Assembly (NCBI GenBank): GCA_044224525.1
Contig: JBGAKI010000028.1
Location: 1 to 34,830 of the forward strand
Source of the DNA: Polyangiales bacterium
GTDB lineage: Bacteria; Myxococcota_A; Polyangia; Polyangiales; CBDCBC01
Length of the DNA stretch: 34,830 bases
Direction of reading: 5' to 3'
Shown here: positions 28,359 through 34,830 of the stretch, one piece after another
Numbering within the stretch: the stretch's first letter is position 1
Layout: each line of letters starts with the position of its first letter
Notes under the pieces: model-generated
Told to the model about the DNA's origin: nothing
The model's database searches: none
What the model saw: only the letters and a program-made list of their open reading frames with translations
Translations under genes and position numbers: made by a program

Positions 28359-29070
28359 ATTTAAGCACGCCTTGCTCCATCAACGCTTTGTCGACCGCTT
28401 CGGCCCACCCGCGATTGGCTTGCGGGCTCGCTGGACTTGGATGCGGAATCGAACTGACGGGCACGCTGAGTGAACCAAGCGCGATCTTCGCGCGCTGCTC
28501 GGCAAAACGTCCCACACCGATCGCGCGTGTGAGCGGAAAGTACTTAGCCACCTCAAGCAGCGCGGCGTCGCAAAGCCTGAGCAACGGTTCGCGTTCACTC
28601 GCCGGAAGTTTGTCGGGCGTCACGTTGCGCCCGCCTTCGTCCATAAACGCAAGCGGACAATAGTTATACACAAAGAAGTGTTCGAAAAAACGCTCTGGCG
28701 TACCGAAGCGCGCCGCGGCCCATCCCCACAGGCGCTGCCCGCTCACCTCGCGGCGCGGCGTATTAAATCCTTGCACAGGCCGTTTTGGATGCTCGTGGGC
28801 GGGTTTGTCGACCTTCGCTTGAATGCCGATCCAATCGCGCACGCTAGGCATATCACCAAATGGGATTCCCGTTTGTGCCATCCCAAAGGGCCCCGGATTC
28901 ATTCCCAGCAGAAGCATGCGCGGGCTCTTGGCTGCAAAACGCGTCACATAGGTTTGGTACGCCTCGCGCGCGTACGCTAGCGGGTTATAAACATGGCTCA
29001 CCGGTTCTGAAAAATGAAGTTCTTTCAAGGACTTAGTAAGCTCATCGGCGATGTTCAACAAACGGTGCAT
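28357..29070 (-). CDS. SMUG1-family (family 3) uracil-DNA glycosylase
   Basis: GMNPGPFGMAQTGIPFG (SMUG1 motif 1) and HPSPASPQANRGW (SMUG1 motif 2, HPSPxNPxANxGW). Confidence 0.8.
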   Translation of the reverse strand: MHRLLNIADELTKSLKELHFSEPVSHVYNPLAYAREAYQTYVTRFAAKSPRMLLLGMNPGPFGMAQTGIPFGDMPSVRDWIGIQAKVDKPAHEHPKRPVQGFNTPRREVSGQRLWGWAAARFGTPERFFEHFFVYNYCPLAFMDEGGRNVTPDKLPASEREPLLRLCDAALLEVAKYFPLTRAIGVGRFAEQRAKIALGSLSVPVSSIPHPSPASPQANRGWAEAVDKALMEQGVLK

Positions 29071-29254
29071 GAGGCCACTTTAGCAGTTTGAGTCAGCCTC
29101 GAGCAGCACAAAATTGAATCACACGTTGAACAAATACATGTATCAGCTATACCTACACTGCTTCGTAAGAAGCGCTTAACAAAACGAAGATCTTAATCCT
29201 GAGCTCAGATCGTTATCGGGATGAGCATCTTCCTTAACTAAAGGGAGTCAACGT

Positions 29255-30178
29255 ATGAAACTTAGTCAATACCTAGTAACCTGCCTATTAATCGTTGGAT
29301 GCAGTGCCGGCCAAGACCTGTCGTCACAAGGTGCCAGCCAAGACATCGATAAAACCCAATACTCAGTGCTCGATTTTGCGGTCGACACCTGCGGCAACAA
29401 CCAGACACTCTTTACACACAACAGCATCTTTAAATTTGCCGGTCGCACAAACAAACCATTAAAGGTTGAGTTCCTAACGCACGACAGCAGGTCGAGTTCA
29501 ACCGACTCATTACTCGTGGAAGTCAACACGCAAGCCAGCGCTGGCAGCACAATCCAGTATGACGTTGCAGGCGTCGAGTCGTTGTACGCAAGCGACAATG
29601 CTGAAGAATATCACCGCATTCGTGTGTATTATCCCAAAGTGCTCACCTACAAAGAAAGCACCTCCGCGGTCGACGGCTCAGCTTATTGGATAGGCTGCAA
29701 ACAAGACACCGACGAGGCCGTTGTTGACACCAATGCCATCGACACGTGGAACCTCGCCAACGCTGCAAGCCCCGCTCACTTCACTGGCTTTACACGTCTG
29801 CTACCCCTACTTGCTGACGCAACATGCACAGACCAGCAACAAGAGCATGCTCACTTAACCTTCCAAGCTAAGGGTAAAAACTCGGGAAGCGAAGACAACA
29901 CGATTGCAATCATCGACAACAAATGGAATGTCGTTGGCTATCAGGTCATCTATGATGGTGCGAGCGACACCAACAAACCCGAAGTTGTCAGAACGGACGA
30001 CAAAGAGACTGGCACCGGAACAGTGGTGACACAAGCAACCTCGGGCCGCGCCGAAGACCTTGTTTCCATCAGCCTAAAACTCAACGGCTTCAACAAACAA
30101 GCCTTTGATGAGCTTCTCGGCGCGTCAACAACCGTGAAGGAAGCTTTCTGCGTCCCCGGCATTACAGTCATCAAGTAG
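29255..30178 (+). CDS. Hypothetical lipoprotein, AT-richer than its surroundings
   Basis: AAGGGAG SD. Signal MKLSQYLVTCLLIVGCSAG (lipobox IVGC). No family recognised. Visibly lower GC than flanking genes. Confidence 0.55.
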   Translation: MKLSQYLVTCLLIVGCSAGQDLSSQGASQDIDKTQYSVLDFAVDTCGNNQTLFTHNSIFKFAGRTNKPLKVEFLTHDSRSSSTDSLLVEVNTQASAGSTIQYDVAGVESLYASDNAEEYHRIRVYYPKVLTYKESTSAVDGSAYWIGCKQDTDEAVVDTNAIDTWNLANAASPAHFTGFTRLLPLLADATCTDQQQEHAHLTFQAKGKNSGSEDNTIAIIDNKWNVVGYQVIYDGASDTNKPEVVRTDDKETGTGTVVTQATSGRAEDLVSISLKLNGFNKQAFDELLGASTTVKEAFCVPGITVIK

Positions 30179-30220
30179 TGTTCTTGTCGGTGCCTCAAAA
30201 GGCGCTGCCTTGAAAACGAA

Positions 30221-30256
30221 AAGGGTTCTGCTGATTGAAGCAGAACCCTTTTTTTT
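30221..30256. terminator. Rho-independent terminator, bidirectional
   Basis: AAGGGTTCTGC-tgattgaa-GCAGAACCCTT followed by TTTTTTT on the plus strand. On the minus strand it is followed by TTCGTTTT. It lies between the convergent lipoprotein gene and mutH. Confidence 0.85.
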
Positions 30257-30263
30257 GATAATG

Positions 30264-30947
30264 TTAGCCAACCAACAAACGCTTCAAAATTTGTGCCGTA
30301 AAACGCGCTCGCAAATAAAACCCCAGTGGCAGTGTTTCTGCCCACTCGCCTTCGGCATCAAAAACTTTGGTGCGCGTGCGACCCGTCGCGGCCTTGGGTC
30401 TAAGTTGCAGCACTTCACCTTCGTGCGCGGTGATCTCAGCGGCGCGCCCTAAACCCAGTCGCCCCGCGAAATATTCCCAATCGTCGCGTAACAACGCCTC
30501 CTCGTCAACGCTTGGCTTCCACAACATCGGGGTGCCCACACGGCGTTCGGCAGGCGCAATGCTGCGCTCGGCGTGCACCGGAACCCAAAGCACGCACGAT
30601 AGTTTCGCCCGCAAACGCGAGTGCGCCCACGTGCTCGCATCGATCGTGGCATGCGACACGCTGCACACAAAGGTGCTCTCAAGTGGCTGACCATTGGCGC
30701 GCACTGGGATGCTCTTAATTTCAACGCCCAATGCAGGCAAATCGGCGGTGGGCGCAGATCCCGCCTGCGCGCCGAGCACACGCTCGATCAGCGCGCCCAC
30801 CCAGCCCTTGGCGCGCCGCAAGTCCGCTGGCGCCTCAGCGCCTTCAGACGCAGCAAGCTCACCGAGCGTCAGCCCACGCATCGCGCGGGCGCGCTCGAGC
30901 AGTTCGTCAATCGTTGCCGGCTCTGCAATCACAGCGCGGCGCAACAT
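30264..30947 (-). CDS. mutH: DNA mismatch repair endonuclease MutH (GATC-nicking, Sau3AI-like fold)
   Basis: Near full-length collinearity with E. coli MutH as recalled: ELLERA..GLTLGELAA, KGWVGALIERVLGA.AGS, DLPALGVEIKSIPV (catalytic D/E/K block), PLESTFVC, VLWVPV..ERSI...RRVGTPMLW, LQLRPKAA, LPLGFYLR. Confidence 0.85.
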   Translation of the reverse strand: MLRRAVIAEPATIDELLERARAMRGLTLGELAASEGAEAPADLRRAKGWVGALIERVLGAQAGSAPTADLPALGVEIKSIPVRANGQPLESTFVCSVSHATIDASTWAHSRLRAKLSCVLWVPVHAERSIAPAERRVGTPMLWKPSVDEEALLRDDWEYFAGRLGLGRAAEITAHEGEVLQLRPKAATGRTRTKVFDAEGEWAETLPLGFYLRARFTAQILKRLLVG

Positions 30948-30951
30948 CGAC

Positions 30952-31248
30952 CTACTCGATGGTGGTATACGGAATCAACGCCAAGTTACGCGCGCGTTTG
31001 ATTTCGCGGGTCAACTGACGCTGTTGTTTCGCATTCAGACCGCTAACGCGACGTGGCACAATTTTGCCGCGCTCGCTGATAAAAAGCTTAAGCTTTTGTG
31101 GGTCTTTATAGTCGAAACGAAAATCGGGAGACTCAGCGAATGAGGGCAAGCGCTTACGCATGCTGCGTTTACGAATGCCAAGCGCGTCGATATTACTAGG
31201 CGCGAGGTCATCGCGATCAAAATCATCATCGTTCATGTGGTCGTTCAT
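30952..31248 (-). CDS. rpsR: 30S ribosomal protein S18 (paralogue-like copy with an acidic N-terminal extension)
   Basis: [52 protein letters not shown] is the S18 signature. N-terminal [14 protein letters not shown] extension. Not linked to rpsF/priB/rplI in this window. Confidence 0.8.
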   Translation of the reverse strand: MNDHMNDDDFDRDDLAPSNIDALGIRKRSMRKRLPSFAESPDFRFDYKDPQKLKLFISERGKIVPRRVSGLNAKQQRQLTREIKRARNLALIPYTTIE

Positions 31249-31340
31249 ACTCTTTACTCTTGTTCGACAGAGGGCCTAATATGGCAGAAAACCGCACCTT
31301 TTCAAGTCCCATTGCAAATTTGGGCAATTGGGGGCCTTTT

Positions 31341-32525
31341 TTAGCGATCCAGGGCCTGCGCAAGGTCGTCAAGTAAGTCGTCAACGGCTTCCAGGCCCAC
31401 CGAAATGCGCACCAAACCATCGGCGATGCCTGCAGCCTTTCTTTGCTCAGGCGGCAGCGACGCATGGGTCATCAGCGCCGGCACCTCGATCAGCGACTCA
31501 ACACCACCCAGGCTTTCAGCGCAAGCAAACCATTTTAATGACTCAAGCATCTTCTTAGCCGCCGGCACGCCGCCCTTAACCTCAAGCGAGATCATGCCAC
31601 CAAACCCTTTCATTTGTTTGGCCGCAAGCGCGTGATGCGGATGTGAACTCAACCCCGGGTAAATCACACGCTCAACCTTGGCGTGTTTCGATAAAACATC
31701 GGCAATGGTTTGTGCGTTTTTGCAATGCTGCGCAATGCGCACCGGAAGCGTTTTCACCGCGCGTAAAATCATGAAACAATCAAAGGGCGAGGGGATCGCG
31801 CCGATCGCATTTTGTAAAAAACGAATGCGCGTCATGGTCTCGCTTTTTTTGCCCATTACCACGCCGCTCACTACATCGCTGTGGCCGTTGATATACTTAG
31901 TCGATGAATGCACCACCAAATCGGCACCGAGCGCAAGTGGTTGCTGCAAAACGGGCGTCGCAAAGGTGTTGTCGACCACCACCTGCGCACCTTGTTTGTG
32001 AGCGATATCGACCATCGCTGCAATATCGATGATCTTCAGCATCGGGTTGGTGGGCGTTTCGATCCACACGATTTTCGTGTTCGGCGTCATCGCAGCGCGC
32101 GCTTTATCGACATTGCTCAGGTCGACAAAAGTGGTCTTGATGCCCATCGGCTCAAACACGTGACGCAAAATGCGCACCGTGCCGCCATAAAGATCGTCGC
32201 TCGCGACAACATGATCACCGGGTTTGAGCGTATGCAGCAGCGTCGTGGTCGCCGCACACCCCGACGAAAATGCGATCGCCTCTTCCGCGCCCTCAAGCGC
32301 CGCCAAACAATGTTCAAGCGTTTGCCGCGTGGGGTTGTTGGTGCGCGCATACTCAAACCCTTTAGGCTGCCCGGGGCTGGGTTGCGCGAATGTGCTCGAG
32401 AGATGAATCGGCGTCATCACCGCCCCCGTTAACGGGTCGGGCGCCTGACCGGCATGAATGGCTAAGGTTTCAAAGCGTGCGTTCTTGTCGTGCATGCTTT
32501 GAAATAGCGCAGTTCGGCAGCGCAA
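31341..32525 (-). CDS. PLP-dependent trans-sulfuration enzyme (cystathionine gamma-synthase / gamma-lyase / beta-lyase family)
   Basis: FETLAIHAG, SSGCAATT, DDLYGGT, VHSSTKYINGHSDVVSGVV (PLP-lysine in STKY.NGH) and ESLGGVESLI. Likely start is the internal MHDKNARFETL (about 32495). Confidence 0.85.
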   Translation of the reverse strand: MRCRTALFQSMHDKNARFETLAIHAGQAPDPLTGAVMTPIHLSSTFAQPSPGQPKGFEYARTNNPTRQTLEHCLAALEGAEEAIAFSSGCAATTTLLHTLKPGDHVVASDDLYGGTVRILRHVFEPMGIKTTFVDLSNVDKARAAMTPNTKIVWIETPTNPMLKIIDIAAMVDIAHKQGAQVVVDNTFATPVLQQPLALGADLVVHSSTKYINGHSDVVSGVVMGKKSETMTRIRFLQNAIGAIPSPFDCFMILRAVKTLPVRIAQHCKNAQTIADVLSKHAKVERVIYPGLSSHPHHALAAKQMKGFGGMISLEVKGGVPAAKKMLESLKWFACAESLGGVESLIEVPALMTHASLPPEQRKAAGIADGLVRISVGLEAVDDLLDDLAQALDR

Positions 32526-33008
32526 TCAACTCGACAAAATAAGCTGCTCAAGCATCTCGGTTTCGTTTACATTTTGCGCTTGAGCAAGCAAGCGAAGCTT
32601 ATCAATAGCCTCGGGAAGCAGACGAAACGTTTTGTTGCGCTTGATTTGACCAACGGGTTTAGCGCGTCTGTCTTTGGGTTGTCGCTCTGCCCAGCGCCGC
32701 ATCGCATGATAGGCGATGCCGCAATAGTCAGGGCCCCTATCTGCGCCACGCCTAATGAGCTCAATGATGTCTTGAAGCTCTTCAGGTAAAGCATGCGTTC
32801 CAACAAACGCGCGCGGAAAATGCAGATACGCAGCAGCAAACACTTCGAGCACGCGTGGCTCAACGTGCTCAGCCACCCACAATACATCTTTGATGTTGAG
32901 CTTGGCATTGGGCCGCGGCTTGAACTGTGGCGCAATCAAAAATCCTTTCGCCACCATAAAACCAATTACATCATCCGTATGATGCAATGCTTTATATCTT
33001 AAATACAT
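32526..33008 (-). CDS. Hypothetical protein with a C-terminal ribbon-helix-helix-like segment
   Basis: 160 aa. C-terminal KTFRLLPEAIDKLRLLAQAQNVNETEMLEQLI resembles an RHH (CopG-like) motif. No other recognisable features. Confidence 0.4.
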   Translation of the reverse strand: MYLRYKALHHTDDVIGFMVAKGFLIAPQFKPRPNAKLNIKDVLWVAEHVEPRVLEVFAAAYLHFPRAFVGTHALPEELQDIIELIRRGADRGPDYCGIAYHAMRRWAERQPKDRRAKPVGQIKRNKTFRLLPEAIDKLRLLAQAQNVNETEMLEQLILSS

Positions 33009-33168
33009 CGATAGAGATTAGCGTCTTTCGATCAATAGTGCAAATGCACTATTTATACATTGTTATTATTATAGTATATGTGGCAGCGAACCATCGGAGC
33101 ACGACCATATAAACCGCCAAGAATGACAATATATTAACAACTTCGCCACTGCGTCGTTCAGACAACAC

Positions 33169-34215
33169 ATGGAACGCATCTACACAACCGTAATTTTCGG
33201 AAATGGCCTAGGCCGCGCAATCGACAACGATCGATTTCAACTGGAGACTGGCATCAGAAACGCTTGGAATGATCTGGAAAATGGTTTTTGGAATCAAACT
33301 CAAAAAAATCTTGTCCTCCGGTGTACCGGCGGTGAAGATCCTCCTCAAAGTGAAGAGCAGCTAGAAAAGCTTCACATCATTAGCAACGCTTGCGAACAGA
33401 TCCATCAGTTTGAAGGCAACCAAAGCGTGTGGTTGAAAGACGACGGAAAGCAATTTGTTGGCGCAGTAAGGCATTTTATTGGCAAAACTGCTGCAAGCTT
33501 CCACTACAGTCTAGACGAGCTAGCCGATACATATTCACGACACGAGAAGTTCTGGAAGAAGCTCACAGATCTCGCAAACGGAACCTGTCATATCGCAACC
33601 ACAAACTACGATAACCTGCTCTATCAGCACTTTATCGATAGCAACGTATTCACTAACTACAAGTTGCGAGATGGCTTTCGTGGACAAAATCTAACATTTA
33701 GCGAGGAGAACCTAGTCATCTATACAAACAGGTTTGGACAAACTGGCTACTACCTACATCTGCACGGCTCTCCTCTATTCTACGACGATAACGGAACACC
33801 AAAGAAGTACCTACAAGGAGGTCTTCTAGATTCTTTCAAGACGCAAACACCGCAAAGAAGACACGTTGTCCTCACACACGCAAAAAGGAAGGCCGACGTC
33901 ATATCCTCGTCTGCGCTCCTCTCGTCCTATTGGCAGCATCTATCTTTCGCACTACAACATTCGTCAAAGGTTGTCTTGTTTGGATGCGGGGGCCAAGATC
34001 AACACCTAAATCATTTTCTACAACACTGGTTAAGAACAAACGAAAGTACTGGGAAACTCTACGTCATTGAACGACAGGAATGCGGCGATCAACAACGAAG
34101 AGATCACTGGAAAAAAACCTTTACAAGCAACAACATCGTATGCGATGCAGACGTCGAACGTGCACTAGAATATCTCCCTCTACCCGACATTCTTAGCGTT
34201 GATTGGGTTTTTTAA
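33169..34215 (+). CDS. SIR2-like (SIR2_2 / defence-associated sirtuin-type) NAD-binding protein
   Basis: VIFGNGLGRAI (GAGxS-like NAD-binding loop), IATTNYDNLL (TTNYD motif of the SIR2_2 family) and YYLHLHGSPLF (sirtuin catalytic HG motif). About 45% GC against about 58% for surrounding genes. Confidence 0.6.
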   Translation: MERIYTTVIFGNGLGRAIDNDRFQLETGIRNAWNDLENGFWNQTQKNLVLRCTGGEDPPQSEEQLEKLHIISNACEQIHQFEGNQSVWLKDDGKQFVGAVRHFIGKTAASFHYSLDELADTYSRHEKFWKKLTDLANGTCHIATTNYDNLLYQHFIDSNVFTNYKLRDGFRGQNLTFSEENLVIYTNRFGQTGYYLHLHGSPLFYDDNGTPKKYLQGGLLDSFKTQTPQRRHVVLTHAKRKADVISSSALLSSYWQHLSFALQHSSKVVLFGCGGQDQHLNHFLQHWLRTNESTGKLYVIERQECGDQQRRDHWKKTFTSNNIVCDADVERALEYLPLPDILSVDWVF

Positions 34216-34295
34216 GATGCCAGTTCTCGAAGCAACTCATCAAAAATGCACGCAACCGCAGCTTCTTCATATGCCCCAAGTCCCTCACAACGCTA

Positions 34296-34830
34296 CTAAA
34301 AAAATAGCCTCTTCAGTTTTAGCAATTCTTTAAGTGGAGCATAGTGTTGTTCTTTACCAAATTCTACATATGACTGCACAACGCCTGCAACCATATCGAC
34401 AAACTGCAAGTTCAGACAATTTGCACTGTCATATTCAACAATCTCAAGTTGCGTCCTAGCGTTTGCTTCAAACCACAACTGCGTCTGAAGATAGTCGTCA
34501 ATACCCGCACCTGTATTCACGCGAATCGATCGAGGATCGGGCATTAAGATCACACGCTCATGCATCTTCATTTCATCAAGTAGAAGATACTTGGTCATGA
34601 AATTATAAAGTTTATTAGGGTCTCTGCGTATATGTTCCCCAACATTTGCCTTTTTAACGACAATGACATGCAATCCAATAGCTGGGTGCTTGCGAGCAAA
34701 CGCCGCAGCCGCTTCGGCGAACTGGGAACGAGCCTGATCTGACATCGCTGCCCATTTCTTCTCTTTCGATGGCTCCCACTTACGATGTTTGTACAGCTGC
34801 CGCATCAAACGCTCTGGCAAATGGTCATCA
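34296..34830 (-). CDS. DUF3800-like protein (5' end runs off the window)
   Basis: The reading frame stays open beyond 34830. C-terminal region ..CLNLQFVDMVAGVVQ resembles the conserved LQ.AD..A motif of DUF3800. Low GC. Confidence 0.4.
   Translation of the reverse strand, partial: DDHLPERLMRQLYKHRKWEPSKEKKWAAMSDQARSQFAEAAAAFARKHPAIGLHVIVVKKANVGEHIRRDPNKLYNFMTKYLLLDEMKMHERVILMPDPRSIRVNTGAGIDDYLQTQLWFEANARTQLEIVEYDSANCLNLQFVDMVAGVVQSYVEFGKEQHYAPLKELLKLKRLFF

Noticed and set aside
31249-31340. Intrinsic terminator between the cystathionine gamma-synthase gene and rpsR
   Set aside because: An imperfect hairpin (CCCAATTGC..GCAATGGG) exists, but on the transcribed (minus) strand it is not followed by a T-tract. 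The T-run is on the opposite strand. Probably not a functional terminator, so the genes may be co-transcribed.
33056-33072. Palindrome TAGTGCAaaTGCACTA in the AT-rich gap upstream of the SIR2-like gene as a defined operator
   Set aside because: It is a short (6-bp arm) palindrome in AT-rich DNA, which is easily explained by chance. Noted but not sufficient to call a regulatory site.

Overview
Scope: this 34.8-kb window looks chromosomal and GC-rich, with about 37 genes on both strands. All calls were made by reading the six-frame translations for family motifs. No BLAST, HMM or GC computation was run; coordinates follow the supplied ORF track and include stop codons.

Housekeeping genes, in order:
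- a 5'-truncated FG-GAP-like repeat lipoprotein
- a vertebrate-like N-acetylglutamate synthase that appears frameshifted
- an APC-family amino acid permease
- a hybrid receiver-histidine kinase
- a DnaQ-like 3'-5' exonuclease
- an SPFH/flotillin-like membrane protein
- gloB, rsmD, coaD, a DUF1704 (QEGLA-motif) putative metalloprotease and a PhoH2 (PIN plus PhoH ATPase)
- argJ, a SMUG1-family uracil-DNA glycosylase, mutH, an rpsR paralogue and a cystathionine gamma-synthase-family enzyme

Most notable loci:
1. The conserved prkA / yeaH (DUF444) / spoVR module is split by a roughly 5-kb insert. The insert encodes a TPR/PEGA membrane protein and a tandemly duplicated short-plus-long pair of cysteine-rich repeat lipoproteins (CGDGxxD..ECDDGN..DGC..DCTF, the type called the Myxococcus cysteine-rich repeat).
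2. One of those lipoprotein genes has a visibly degraded 5' end caused by a roughly 46-bp imperfect tandem duplication.
3. A low-GC island at the 3' end carries a SIR2-like protein (GNGLGRA, TTNYD and HLHGS motifs) next to a DUF3800-like gene. This is a candidate anti-phage or NADase locus.
4. A convincing mutH sits immediately downstream of an S18 paralogue.
5. A convergent intergenic gap holds a dense array of GGTGACA / TGTCACC heptamers arranged as two 40-bp hairpin tandem repeats.

Two strong bidirectional intrinsic terminators were found. No tRNA, rRNA or CRISPR array was found by eye. The organism guess (Myxococcota / Bradymonadia-like deltaproteobacterium) is inference only.
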